From Nemertoderma westbladi (Eukaryota; Animalia; Xenacoelomorpha), in NCBI GenBank assembly GCA_032718475.1, contig JAUCBJ010003079.1:4278-68277 (forward strand): a stretch of DNA of 64,000 nt. Direction: 5' to 3'. This document shows, piece by piece, positions 14,048 to 29,275 of the stretch. A program made the translations under genes and the position numbers. Under the pieces are notes generated by a model, which was not told the DNA's origin, did no database searches, and was given only the letters and a program-made list of their open reading frames with translations. How positions within the stretch are numbered: the stretch's first letter is position 1; each line of letters begins with the position of its first letter.

Positions 14048-17000
14048 GGTAGTTTCACACACAAAATCTTACAGCTAAAACTAACTGTGTTGGGACACTA
14101 ACAAAATTTTCCGAATATTGGACAGCCACAATCAATTGTAGTAATTTTGTAACAGCCACAAACAATTGTCTGAATGTTGTGACAGCCACAAACATTTGTC
14201 GCAATGTTGGGACTGCCACAAACAATTGTCCGAATGTTGTGACAGCCACAAACAATTGTCGCAATGTTGTAACAGTCACAAACAATTGTCGTAATGTTGT
14301 GACAGCCACAAACAATTGTCCGAATGTTGTGACAGCCACAAACAATTGTCGTAATGTTGTGACAGCCAAACAATGGTAGTAATGTTGTGACAGCCACAAG
14401 CAATTGTCGCAATATTGTGACAGCCACAAACAATTGTCGCAATATTATGACAGCCACAAATAATTGTCGCAATGTTGTGACAGCTACAAACAATTTTCGT
14501 AATGTTGAGACAGCCACAAACAATTGTCGCAATGTTGTGACAGCTACAAACAATTTTCGTAATGTTTTGAAAGCCACAAACAATTGTCGTAATGTTGTGA
14601 CAGCCACAAACAATTGTCGTAATGTTGTGACAGCCACAAACAATTGTCGTAATATTGTGACAGCTACAAACAATTGTCGTAATGTTGTGACAGCAATAAA
14701 CAATTGTCTCAATATTGTGACAGCCACAAACAATTGTCGCAATATTGTGACAGCCACAAAAAATTGTCGTAATGTTGTGACAGTCACGAACAATTGTCGC
14801 AATATTGTGACAGCCACAAACAATTGTAGGAATATTGTAACAGCTACAAAAATTGTCGTAATGTTGGGACTGCCACAAACAATTGTCCGAATGTTGTGAC
14901 AGCCACAAACAATTGTCGCAATGTTGTAACAGCCACAAACAATTGTCGTAATGTTGTGACAGCCACAAACAATTGTCCGAATGTTGTGACAGCCACAAAC
15001 AATTGTCGTAATGTTGTGACAGCCAAACAATGGTAGTAATGTTGTGACAGCCACAAGCAATTGTCGCAATATTGTGACAGCCACAAACAATTGTCGCAAT
15101 ATTATGACAGCCACAAATAATTGTCGCAATGTTGTGACAGCTACAAACAATTTTCGTAATGTTGAGACAGCCACAAACAATTGTCGCAATGTTGTGACAG
15201 CTACAAACAATTTTCGTAATGTTGAGACAGCCACAAACAATTGTCGCAATGTTGTGACAGCTACAAACAATTTTCGTAATGTTTTGAAAGCCACAAACAA
15301 TTGTCGTAATGTTGTGACAGCCACAAACAATTGTCGTAATGTTGTGACAGCCACAAACAATTGTCGTAATATTGTGACAGCTACAAACAATTGTCGTAAT
15401 GTTGTGACAGCAATAAACAATTGTCTCAATATTGTGACAGCCACAAACAATTGTCGCAATATTGTGACAGCCACAAAAAATTGTCGTAATGTTGTGACAG
15501 TCACGAACAATTGTCGCAATATTGTGACAGCCACAAACAATTGTAGGAATATTGTAACAGCTACAAAAATTGTCGTAATGTTGGGACTGCCACAAACAAT
15601 TGTCCGAATGTTGTGACAGCCACAAACAATTGTCGCAATGTTGTAACAGCCACAAACAATTGTCGTAATGTTGTGACAGCCACAAACAATTGTCCGAATG
15701 TTGTGACAGCCACAAACAATTGTCGTAATGTTGTGACAGCCACAAACAATGGTAGTAATGTTGTGACAGCCACAAGCAATTGTCGCAATATTGTGACAGC
15801 CACAAACAATTGTCGCAATATTATGACAGCCACAAATAATTGTCGCAATGTTGTGACAGCTACAAACAATTTTCGTAATGTTGAGACAGCCACAAACAAT
15901 TGTCGCAATGTTGTAACAGCCACAAACAATTGTCGTAATGTTGTGACAGCCACAAACAATTGTCCGAATGTTGTGACAGCCACAAACAATTGTCGTAATG
16001 TTGTGACAGCCACAAACAATTGTAGTAATGTTGTGACAGCCACAAGCAATTGTCGCAATATTGTGACAGCCACAAACAATTGTCGCAATATTATGACAGA
16101 TACAAATAATTGTCGTAATGTTGTGACAGTCACAAACAATTGCCAGAATGTTATGACAGCCACAAACAATAGTCGTAGTTTTGTGATACGCACAAACAAT
16201 GGAGAAATTCTTTATCAGCCACGAACAACTGCTGTGTTGCAGTATGCCGTGCAACCGGGACAGCTACAAACAATTTTCGTAATGTTGAGACAGCCACACA
16301 CAATTGTCGCAATGTTGTGACAGCTACAAACAATTTTCGTAATGTTGAGACAGCCACAAACAATTGTCGCAATGTTGTGACAGCTACAAACAATTTTCGT
16401 AATGTTTTGAAAGCCACAAACAATTGTCGTAATGTTGTGACAGCCACAAACAATTGTCGTAATGTTGTGACAGCCACAAACAATTGTCGTAATATTGTGA
16501 CAGCTACAAACAATTGTCGTAATGTTGTGACAGCAATAAACAATTGTCTCAATATTGTGACAGCCACAAACAATTGTCGCAATATTGTGACAGCCACAAA
16601 AAATTGTCGTAATGTTGTGACAGTCACGAACAATTGTCGCAATATTGTGACAGCCACAAACAATTGTAGGAATATTGTAACAGCTACAAAAATTGTCGTA
16701 ATGTTGGGACTGCCACAAACAATTGTCCGAATGTTGTGACAGCCACAAACAATTGTCGCAATGTTGTAACAGCCACAAACAATTGTCGTAATGTTGTGAC
16801 AGCCACAAACAATTGTCCGAATGTTGTGACAGCCACAAACAATTGTCGTAATGTTGTGACAGCCAAACAATGGTAGTAATGTTGTGACAGCCACAAGCAA
16901 TTGTCGCAATATTGTGACAGCCACAAACAATTGTCGCAATATTATGACAGCCACAAATAATTGTCGCAATGTTGTGACAGCTACAAACAATTTTCGTAAT

Positions 17001-18954
17001 GTTGAGACAGCCACAAACAATTGTCGCAATGTTGTGACAGCTACAAACAATTTTCGTAATGTTGAGACAGCCACAAACAATTGTCGCAATGTTGTGACAG
17101 CTACAAACAATTTTCGTAATGTTTTGAAAGCCACAAACAATTGTCGTAATGTTGTGACAGCCACAAACAATTGTCGTAATGTTGTGACAGCCACAAACAA
17201 TTGTCGTAATATTGTGACAGCTACAAACAATTGTCGTAATGTTGTGACAGCAATAAACAATTGTCTCAATATTGTGACAGCCACAAACAATTGTCGCAAT
17301 ATTGTGACAGCCACAAAAAATTGTCGTAATGTTGTGACAGTCACGAACAATTGTCGCAATATTGTGACAGCCACAAACAATTGTAGGAATATTGTAACAG
17401 CTACAAAAATTGTCGTAATGTTGGGACTGCCACAAACAATTGTCCGAATGTTGTGACAGCCACAAACAATTGTCGCAATGTTGTAACAGCCACAAACAAT
17501 TGTCGTAATGTTGTGACAGCCACAAACAATTGTCCGAATGTTGTGACAGCCACAAACAATTGTCGTAATGTTGTGACAGCCACAAACAATGGTAGTAATG
17601 TTGTGACAGCCACAAGCAATTGTCGCAATATTGTGACAGCCACAAACAATTGTCGCAATATTATGACAGCCACAAATAATTGTCGCAATGTTGTGACAGC
17701 TACAAACAATTTTCGTAATGTTGAGACAGCCACAAACAATTGTCGCAATGTTGTGACAGCTACAAACAATTTTCGTAATGTTTTGAAAGCCACAAACAAT
17801 TGTCGTAATGTTGTGACAGCCACAAACAATTGTCGTAATGTTATGACAGCCACAAACAATTGTCTCAATATTGTGACAGCCACAAACAATTGTCGCAATA
17901 TTGTGACAGCCACAAAAAATTGTCGTAATGTTGTGACAGTCACAAACAATTGTCGCAATATTGTGACAGCCACAAACAATTGTAGCAATATTGTGACAAC
18001 CACAAACAATTGTCGTAATGTTGTGACGGCCACAAACAATTGTCCGAATGTTGTGACAGCCACAAACAATTGTCGTAATGTTGCGACAGTCTGCAAACAA
18101 TTGTCGTAATATTGTGACAGCCACAAAAAATTGTCGTAACGTTGTGACGGCCACAAACAATTGTCCGAATGTTGTGACAGCCACAAACAATTGTCGTAAT
18201 GTTGCGACAGCCACAAACAATTGTCGCAATATTCTGACAGCCACAATCAATTGTCACAATGTTGTGACAGCCACAAACAATTGTCGCAATGTTGTGACAA
18301 CCACAAACAATTGTAGCAATATTGTGACAGCCTCAAACAATTGACGCAATGTAATGACAGCCACAAAGAATTGTCGTAATATTGTGACAGCTACAAACAA
18401 TTGTCGTAATATTGTGACAGCCACAATCAATTGTCACAATGTTGTGACAGCCACAAACAATTGTCGTAATGTTGCGACAGCCACAAACAATTGTCGTAAT
18501 ATTGTGACAGCTACAAACAATTGTCGTAATATTGTGACAGCTACAAACAATTGTCGTAATATTGTGACAGCCACAAAAATTGCAGGAATGTTGTAACAGC
18601 CACAAACAATTGCCGTAATATTGTGACAGCTACAAACAATTGTCGTAATATTGTGACATCTACAAACAATTGTCGTAATATTGTGACAGCCACAATCAAT
18701 TGTCACAATGTTGTGACAGCCACAAACAATTGTCGTAATGTTGCGACAGCCACAAACAATTGTCGTAATATTGTGACAGCTACAAACAATTGTCGTAATA
18801 TTGTGACAGATACAAACAATTGTCGTAATATTGTGACAGCCACAAAAATTGCAGGAATGTTGTAACAGCCACAAACAATTGCCGTAATATTAGAATTAAT
18901 CTTCAAATAAACTTTTAAATTTATCATCAAAATAATATAAGTGTGTAAATTTAC

Positions 18955-19169
18955 CTCTTTATCAGCGGTGAGGTCATCGAGCAGATCAACATCGCTTATG
19001 CAGATCGGTTGCTTATCAGGAGCAGCAGAGCCTCCCAATATCAACGGAATATTATCCGTTATGTCGTCAATTTCTTCGTTAAACTAGAAAAAATATAGAT
19101 ACATTGGATTGTGTTAATAAACAATGCTTGCAGGTTTGCAAAAAGTAACTCTTGCAAACCTCTTACCAT
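18955..19169 (-). other. Putative exon cassette copy 6 (exon 19083-18955); same peptide as copy 1
   Basis: Same splice signals; GGA variant. Confidence 0.7.
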
Positions 19170-21356
19170 GGTAGTTTCACACACAAAATCTCACAGCTAA
19201 AACTAACTGTGTTGGGACACTAACAAAATTTTCCGAATATTGTGACAGCCACAATCAATTGTAGTAATTTTGTGACAGCCACAAACAATTGTCTGAATGT
19301 TGTGACAGCCACAAACATTTGTCGCAATGTTGGGACTGCCACAAACAATTGTCCGAATGTTGTGACAGCCACAAACAATTGTCGCAATGTTGTAACAGCC
19401 ACAAACAATTGTCGTAATGTTGTGACAGCCACAAACAATTGTCCGAATGTTGTGACAGCCACAAACAATTGTCGTAATGTTGTGACAGCCACAAACAATT
19501 GTAGTAATGTTGTGACAGCTACAAACAATTTTCGTAATGTTGAGACAGCCACAAACAATTGTCGCAATGTTGTGACAGCTACAAACAATTTTCGTAATGT
19601 TTTGAAAGCCACAAACAATTGTCGTAATGTTGTGACAGCCACAAACAATTGTCGTAATGTTGTGACAGCCACAAACAATTGTCGTAATATTGTGACAGCT
19701 ACAAACAATTGTCGTAATGTTGTGACAGCAATAAACAATTGTCTCAATATTGTGACAGCCACAAACAATTGTCGCAATATTGTGACAGCCACAAAAAATT
19801 GTCGTAATGTTGTGACAGTCACGAACAATTGTCGCAATATTGTGACAGCCACAAACAATTGTAGGAATATTGTAACAGCTACAAAAATTGTCGTAATGTT
19901 GTGACAGTCACAAAAAATTTCAGAATGTTGTAACAGTTGCAAACAAATGCCGGAATGTTGTGACAGCCACAAACAAATGTTGTAGTTTTGTGATACGCAC
20001 AAACAATGGAGGAATTCTACATCAGCCACAAAGAACTGCAGTGTAGCAGTCTGCCGTGCAACCGGGACAGCTACAAACAATTGTCGGAATGTTGATACAG
20101 CCACAAACAATTGTCGCAGTATTGTGACAGCTACAAACAATTGTCGTAATGTTGTGACAGCCGCGTACAATTGCCGGAATGTTGTGACAGCCACAAAAAA
20201 ATTGTCGAAATGTTGTTACAGCCACAACAAATTGTCGCAATATTGTGACAGCCACAAACAATTATCGCTAGGTTGTGACAGCCACAAACAATTGTCGTAA
20301 TGTTGTGACAGCCACAAACAATTGTCGTAATATTGTGACAGCCGCAAACAATGGTCGAAATGTTGTGATAGCCACAACAAATTGTCGCAATGTTGTGACA
20401 GCCACAAACAATTGTCGCAAGGTTGTGACAGCCACAAACAATTATCGCAAGGTTGTGACAGCCACAAACAATTGTCGTAATGTTGTGACAGCCACAAACA
20501 ATTGTCGTAATATTGTGACAGCCGCAAACAATTGTCAGAATATTGTGACAGCAGAAAACAATTTTCGTAACGTTGTGACAGCCACACACAATTGTCGTAA
20601 TATTGTAACAGCCGCAAACAATTGTCGGAATGTTGTGACAGCCACAAACAATTGTCGTAATGGTGTGACAGCCACAAATAATAGTCGTATTGTTGTGATA
20701 GCTACAAACAATTTCCGGAATGTTGTGACAGCCGCAAACAATTGCCGGATTGTTGTGACAGCCGCAAACAATTGTCGGAATATTGTGACAGCAGAAAACA
20801 ATTTTCGTAACGTTGTGACAGCCACACACAATTGTCGTAATATTGTAACAGCCGCAAACAATTGTCGGAATGTTGTGACAGCCACAAACAATTGTCCTAA
20901 TGTTGCGACAGCCACAAACAATTGTCGTAATATTGTGACAGCCACAAAAAATTTTCGGAATATTGTGACAGCCACAAACAATTGTCGCAATGTTGTGACA
21001 ACCACAAACAATTGTAGCAATATTGTGACAGCCACAAACAATTGACGCAATGTAATGACAGCCACAAAGAATTGTCGTAATATTGTGACAGCTACAAACA
21101 ATTGTCGTAATATTGTGACAGCCACAATCAATTGTCACAATGTTGTGACAGCCACAAACAATTGTCGTAATATTGTGACAGCTACAAACAATTGTCGTAA
21201 TATTGTGACTGCCACAATCAATTGTCACAATATTGTGACAGCCACAAAAATTGCAGGAATGTTGTAACAGCCACAAACAATTGCCGTAATATTAGAATTA
21301 ATCTTCAAATAAACTTTTAAATTTATCATCAAAATAATATAAGTGTGTAAATTTAC

Positions 21357-21571
21357 CTCTATATCAGCGGTGAGGTCATCGAGCAGATCAAGATTGCCTA
21401 TGCAGATCGGTTGCTTATCAGGAGCAGAAGAGCCACCCAATATCAACGGAATATTATCCGTTATGTCGTCAATTTCTTCGTTAAACTAGAAAAAATATAG
21501 ATACATTGGATTGTGTTAATAAACAATGCTTGCAGGTTTGCAAAAAGTAACTCTTGCAAACCTCTTACCAT
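21357..21571 (-). other. Putative exon cassette copy 7 (exon 21485-21357); variant ...GGSSAPDKQPICIGNLDLLDDLTADIE
   Basis: Splice signals intact, 129 nt, open frame. Confidence 0.68.
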
Positions 21572-23183
21572 GGTAGTTTCACACACAAAATCTTACAGCT
21601 AAAACTAACTGTGTTGGGACACTAACAAAATTTTCCGAATATTGGACAGCCACAATCAATTGTAGTAATTTTGTAACAGCCACAAACAATTGTCTGAATG
21701 TTGTGACAGCCACAAACATTTGTCGCAATGTTGGGACTGCCACAAACAATTGTCCGAATGTTGTGACAGCCACAAACAATTGTCGCAATGTTGTAACAGT
21801 CACAAACAATTGTCGTAATGTTGTGACAGCCACAAACAATTGTCCGAATGTTGTGACAGCCACAAACAATTGTCGTAATGTTGTGACAGCCAAAAACAAT
21901 TGTCGCAATATTATGACAACCACAAAAAATATCGTAATGTTGTGACAGTCACAAACAATTGTCGCAAGGTTGTGACAGCCACAAACAATTGTCGTAATGT
22001 TGTGACAGCCACAAACAATCGTCCGAATGTTGTGACAGCCACAAACATTTGTCGCAATGTTGTGACAGCCACAAACAATTGTCGCAATGTTGTAACAGTC
22101 ACAAACAATTGTCGTAATGTTGTGACAGCCACAAACAATTGTCCGAATGTTGTGACAGCCACAAACAATTGTCGTAATGTTGTGACAGCCAAAAACAATT
22201 GTCGCAATATTATGACAGCCACAAAAAATATCGTAATGTCGTGACAGTCACAAACAATTGTCGCAAGGTTGTGACAGCCACAAACAATTGTCGTAATGTT
22301 GTGACAGCCACAAACAATTGTCGCAATGTTGTTACAGCCACAAACAATTGTCGTAATGTTGTGACAGCAACAAAGAATTGTCGTAATGTTGTGACAGCTA
22401 CAAACAATTGTCGCAATATTGTGACAGCCACAAACAATTGTACGAATGTTGTGACAGCTACAAACAATTGTCGTAATGTTGTGACAACTACAAACAATTT
22501 TCGTAATGTTGTGATAGCTACAAACAATTTCCGGAATGTTGTGACAGCTACAAACAATTTTCGTAATGTTGTGATAGCTACAAACAATTTTCGTAATGTT
22601 GTGATAGCTACAAACAATTGTCGTAATGTTGTGACAGCCACAAACAATTGTCGCAATGTTGTTACAGCCACAAACAATTGTCGTAATGTTGTGACAGCAA
22701 CAAACAATTGTCGTAATGTTGTTACAGCTACAAACAATTGTCGCAATGTTGTGACAGCCACAAACAATTGTAGTAATTTTGTGACAGCCACAAACAATAG
22801 TAGTAATTTTGTGACAGCCACAAACAATTATTGTCGTAATGTTGTGAAAGCAAAAAACAATTATCGCAATCTTGTGACAGCTACAAACAATTGTAGTAAT
22901 GTTGTGACAGCCACAAACAATTATTGTCGTAATGTTGTGACAGCCACAAACAATTATTGTCGTAATGTTGTGACAGACACAAACAATTATTGTCGTAATG
23001 TTGTGACATTCACAAACAATTATTGTCGTAATGTTGTGACAGCCACAAACTAATACCAAAATGTTGTGGCAGCTGCTAACAATTGCAATAATTTTGTGAC
23101 TGACATACACAAACAATGCCACAATTAATCATCAACTAAATATTTAAATTTATCATCAAAATAATATAAGTATGTAAATTTAC

Positions 23184-23399
23184 CTCCTTATCAGCGGTGG
23201 GTTCATCGAGCTGATCAAGATCGCTTGTGCAGATCAGTTGCTTATCAGGAGCAGCAGAGCCACCCAATATCAACGGAATATTATCCGTTATGTCGTCAAT
23301 TTCTTCGTTAAACTAGAAAAAAATATAGATACATTGGATTGTGTTAATAAACAATGCTTGCAGGTTTGCAAAAAGTAACTCATGCAAACCTCTTACCAT
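23184..23399 (-). other. Putative exon cassette copy 8 (exon 23312-23184); variant ...GGSAAPDKQLICTSDLDQLDEPTADKE
   Basis: Splice signals intact; intron 84 nt (one extra T in the pyrimidine tract). Confidence 0.68.
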
Positions 23400-25406
23400 G
23401 GTAGTTTCACACACAAAATCTTACAGCTAAAACTAACTGTGTTGGGACAGTCACAAACAACTTCGGAATATTGTGACAGCCACAATCAATTGTAGTAATT
23501 TTGTAACAGCCACAAACAATTGTCTGAATGTTGTGACAGCCACAAACATTTGTCGCAATGTTGGGACTGCCACAAACAATTGTCCGAATGTTGTGACAGC
23601 CACAAACAATTGTCGCAATGTTGTAACAGTCACAAACAATTGTCGTAATGTTGTGACAGCCACAAACAATTGTCCGAATTTTGTGACAGCCACAAACAAT
23701 TGTCGTAATGTTGTAACAGCCAAAAACAATTGTCGCAATATTGTGACAGCCACAAACAATTGTCGCAATATTATGACAGCCACAAAAAATATCGTAATGT
23801 TGTGACAGTCACAAACAATTGTCGCAAGGTTGTGACAGCCACAAACAATTGTCGTAATGTTGTGACAGTCACGAACAATTGTCGCAATATTGTGACAGCC
23901 ACAAACAATTGTAGGAATATTGTAACAGCTACAAAAATTGTCGTAATGTTGTGACAGTCACAAAAAATTTCAGAATGTTGTAACAGTTGCATACAAATGC
24001 CGGAATGTTGTGACAGCCACAAACAAATGTTGTAGTTTTGTGATACGCACAAACAATGGAGGAATTCTACATCAGCCACAAAGAACTGCAGTGTAGCAGT
24101 CTGCCGTGCAACCGGGACAGCTACAAACAATTGTCGGAATGTTGATACAGCCACAAACAATTGTCGCAGTATTGTGACAGCTACAAACAATTGTCGTAAT
24201 GTTGTGACAGCCGCGTACAATTGCCGGAATGTTGTGACAGCCACAAAAAAATTGTCGAAATGTTGTTACAGCCACAACAAATTGTCGCAATGTTGTGACA
24301 GCCACAAACAATTATCGCTAGGTTGTGACAGCCACAAACAATTGTCGTAATGTTGTGACAGCCACAAACAATTGTCGTAATATTGTGACAGCCGCAAACA
24401 ATGGTCGAAATGTTGTGATAGCCACAACAAATTGTCGCAATGTTGTGACAGCCACAAACAATTGTCGCAAGGTTGTGACAGCCACAAACAATTATCGCAA
24501 GGTTGTGACAGCCACAAACAATTGTCGTAATGTTGTGACAGCCACAAACAATTGTCGTAATATTGTGACAGCCGCAAACAATTGTCGGAATATTGTGACA
24601 GCAGAAAACAATTTTCGTAACGTTGTGACAGCCACACACAATTGTCGTAATATTGTAACAGCCGCAAACAATTGTCGGAATGTTGTGACAGCCACAAACA
24701 ATTGTCGTAATGGTGTGACAGCCACAAATAATAGTCGTATTGTTGTGATAGCTACAAACAATTTCCGGAATGTTGTGACAGCCGCAAACAATTGCCGGAT
24801 TGTTGTGACAGCCGCAAACAATTGTCGGAATATTGTGACAGCAGAAAACAATTTTCGTAACGTTGTGACAGCCACACACAATTGTCGTAATATTGTAACA
24901 GCCGCAAACAATTGTCGGAATGTTGTGACAGCCACAAACAATTGTCCTAATGTTGCGACAGCCACAAACAATTGTCGTAATATTGTGACAGCCACAAAAA
25001 ATTTTCGGAATATTGTGACAACCACAAACAATTGTCGCAATGTTGTGACAACCACAAACAATTGTAGCAATATTGTGACAGCCACAAACAATTGACGCAA
25101 TGTAATGACAGCCACAAAGAATTGTCGTAATATTGTGACAGCTACAAACAATTGTCGTAATATTGTGACAGCCACAATCAATTGTCACAATGTTGTGACA
25201 GCCACAAACAATTGTCGTAATATTGTGACAGCTACAAACAATTGTCGTAATATTGTGACTGCCACAATCAATTGTCACAATATTGTGACAGCCACAAAAA
25301 TTGCAGGAATGTTGTAACAGCCACAAACAATTGCCGTAATATTAGAATTAATCTTCAAATAAACTTTTAAATTTCTCATCAAAATAATATAAGTGTGTAA
25401 ATTTAC

Positions 25407-25621
25407 CTCCTTATCAGCGGTGGGTTCATCGAACAGATCAAGATTGCTTATGCAGATCGGTTGCTTATCAGGAGCAGAAGAGCCACCCAATATCAACGGA
25501 ATGTTATCCGTTATGTCGTCAATTTCTTCGTTAAACTAGAAAAAATATAGATACATTGGATTGTGTTAATAAACAATGCTTGCAGGTTTGCAAAAAGTAA
25601 CTCTTGCAAACCTCTTACCAT
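25407..25621 (-). other. Putative exon cassette copy 9 (exon 25535-25407); variant ...GGSSAPDKQPICISNLDLFDEPTADKE
   Basis: Splice signals intact; synonymous AAT>AAC change. Confidence 0.68.
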
Positions 25622-27233
25622 GGTAGTTTCACACACAAAATCTTACAGCTAAAACTAACTGTGTTGGGACACTAACAAAATTTTCCGAATATTGGACAGC
25701 CACAATCAATTGTAGTAATTTTGTAACAGCCACAAACAATTGTCTGAATGTTGTGACAGCCACAAACATTTGTCGCAATGTTGGGACTGCCACAAACAAT
25801 TGTCCGAATGTTGTGACAGCCACAAACAATTGTCGCAATGTTGTAACAGTCACAAACAATTGACGTAATGTTGTGACAGCCACAAACAATTGTCCGAATG
25901 TTGTGACAGCCACAAACAATTGTCGTAATGTTGTGACAGCCAAAAACAATTGTCGCAATATTATGACAACCACAAAAAATATCGTAATGTTGTGACAGTC
26001 ACAAACAATTGTCGCAAGGTTGTGACAGCCACAAACAATTGTCGTAATGTTGTGACAGCCACAAACAATCGTCCGAATGTTGTGACAGCCACAAACATTT
26101 GTCGCAATGTTGTGACAGCCACAAACAATTGTCGCAATGTTGTAACAGTCACAAACAATTGTCGTAATGTTGTGACAGCCACAAACAATTGTCCGAATGT
26201 TGTGACAGCCACAAACAATTGTCGTAATGTTGTGACAGCCAAAAACAATTGTCGCAATATTATGACAGCCACAAAAAATATCGTAATGTCGTGACAGTCA
26301 CAAACAATTGTCGCAAGGTTGTGACAGCCACAAACAATTGTCGTAATGTTGTGACAGCCACAAACAATTGTCGCAATGTTGTTACAGCCACAAACTATTG
26401 TCGTAATGTTGTGACAGCAACAAACAATTGTCGTAATGTTGTGACAGCTACAAACAATTGTCGCAATATTGTGACAGCCACAAACAATTGTACGAATGTT
26501 GTGACAGCTACAAACAATTGTCGTAATGTTGTGAGAACTACAAACAATTTTCGTAATGTTGTGATAGCTACAAACAATTTCCGGAATGTTGTGACAGCTA
26601 CAAACAATTTTCGTAATGTTGTGATAGCTACAAACAATTTTCGTAATGTTGTGATAGCTACAAACAATTGTCGTAATGTTGTGACAGCCACAAACAATTG
26701 TCGCAATGTTGTTACAGCCACAAACAATTGTCGTAATGTTGTGACAGCAACAAACAATTGTCGTAATGTTGTTACAGCTACAAACAATTGTCGCAATGTT
26801 GTGACAGCCACAAACAATTGTAGTAATTTTGTGACAGCCACAAACAATAGTAGTAATTTTGTGACAGCCACAAACAATTATTGTCGTAATGTTGTGAAAG
26901 CAAAAAACAATTATCGCAATCTTGTGACAGCTACAAACAATTGTAGTAATGTTGTGACAGCCACAAACAATTATTGTCGTAATGTTGTGACAGCCACAAA
27001 CAATTATTGTCGTAATGTTGTGACAGACACAAACAATTATTGTCGTAATGTTGTGACATTCACAAACAATTATTGTCGTAATGTTGTGACAGCCACAAAC
27101 TAATACCAAAATGTTGTGGCAGCTGCTAACAATTGCAATAATTTTGTGACTGACATACACAAACAATGCCACAATTAATCATCAACTAAATATTTAAATT
27201 TATCATCAAAATAATATAAGTGTGTAAATTTAC

Positions 27234-27448
27234 CTCCTTATCAGCGGTGGGTTCATCGAACAGATCAAGATTGCTTATGCAGATCGGTTGCTTATCAGGA
27301 GCAGAAGAGCCACCCAATATCAACGGAATATTATCCGTTATGTCGTCAATTTCTTCGTTAAACTAGAAAAAATATAGATACATTGGATTGTGTTAATAAA
27401 CAATGCTTGCAGGTTTGTAAAAAGTAACTCTTGCAAACCTCTTACCAT
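27234..27448 (-). other. Putative exon cassette copy 10 (exon 27362-27234); same peptide as copy 9
   Basis: Splice signals intact, open frame. Confidence 0.68.
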
Positions 27449-29060
27449 GGTAGTTTCACACACAAAATCTTACAGCTAAAACTAACTGTGTTGGGACACT
27501 AACAAAATTTTACGAATATTGGACAGCCACAATCAATTGTAGTAATTTTGTAACAGCCACAAACAATTGTCTGAATGTTGTGACAGCCACAAACATTTGT
27601 CGCAATGTTGGGACTGCCACAAACAATTGTCCGAATGTTGTGACAGCCACAAACAATTGTCGCAATGTTGTAACAGTCACAAACAATTGACGTAATGTTG
27701 TGACAGCCACAAACAATTGTCCGAATGTTGTGACAGCCACAAACAATTGTCGTAATGTTGTGACAGCCAAAAACAATTGTCGCAATATTATGACAACCAC
27801 AAAAAATATCGTAATGTTGTGACAGTCACAAACAATTGTCGCAAGGTTGTGACAGCCACAAACAATTGTCGTAATGTTGTGACAGCCACAAACAATCGTC
27901 CGAATGTTGTGACAGCCACAAACATTTGTCGCAATGTTGTGACAGCCACAAACAATTGTCGCAATGTTGTAACAGTCACAAACAATTGTCGTAATGTTGT
28001 GACAGCCACAAACAATTGTCCGAATGTTGTGACAGCCACAAACAATTGTCGTAATGTTGTGACAGCCAAAAACAATTGTCGCAATATTATGACAGCCACA
28101 AAAAATATCGTAATGTCGTGACAGTCACAAACAATTGTCGCAAGGTTGTGACAGCCACAAACAATTGTCGTAATGTTGTGACAGCCACAAACAATTATCG
28201 CAATGTTGTTACAGCCACAAACAATTGTCGTAATGTTGTGACAGCAACAAACAATTGTCGTAATGTTGTGACAGCTACAAACAATTGTCGCAATATTGTG
28301 ACAGCCACAAACAATTGTACGAATGTTGTGACAGCTACAAACAATTGTCGTAATGTTGTGACAACTACAAACAATTTTCGTAATGTTGTGATAGCTACCA
28401 ACAATTTCCGGAATGTTGTGACAGCTACAAACAATTTTCGTAATGTTGTGATAGCTACAAACAATTTTCGTAATGTTGTGATAGCTACAAACAATTGTCG
28501 TAATGTTGTGACAGCCACAAACAATTGTCGCAATGTTGTTACAGCCACAAACAATTGTCGTAATGTTGTGACAGCAACAAACAATTGTCGTAATGTTGTT
28601 ACAGCTACAAACAATTGTCGCAATGTTGTGACAGCCACAAACAATTGTAGTAATTTTGTGACAGCCACAAACAATAGTAGTAATTTTGTGACAGCCACAA
28701 ACAATTATTGTCGTAATGTTGTGAAAGCAAAAAACAATTATCGCAATCTTGTGACAGCTACAAACAATTGTAGTAATGTTGTGACAGCCACAAACAATTA
28801 TTGTCGTAATGTTGTGACAGCCACAAACAATTATTGTCGTAATGTTGTGACAGACACAAACAATTATTGTCGTAATGTTGTGACATTCACAAACAATTAT
28901 TGTCGTAATGTTGTGACAGCCACAAACTAATACCAAAATGTTGTGGCAGCTGCTAACAATTGCAATAATTTTGTGACTGACATACACAAACAATGCCACA
29001 ATTAATCATCAACTAAATATTTAAATTTATCATCAAAATAATATAAGTATGTAAATTTAC

Positions 29061-29275
29061 CTCCTTATCAGCGGTGGGTTCATCGAGCAGATCAAGATCG
29101 CTTGTGCAGATCAGTTGCTTATCAGGAGCAGCAGAGCCAACCAATATCAACGGAATATTAACCGTTATGTCGTCAATTTCTTCGTTAAACTAGAAAAAAT
29201 ATAGATACATTGGATTGTGTTAATAAACAATGCTTGCAGGTTTGCAAAAAGTAACTCATGCAAACCTCTTACCAT
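29061..29275 (-). other. Putative exon cassette copy 11 (exon 29189-29061); FNEEIDDITVNIPLILVGSAAPDKQLICTSDLDLLDEPTADKE
   Basis: Splice signals intact, open frame. Confidence 0.68.
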
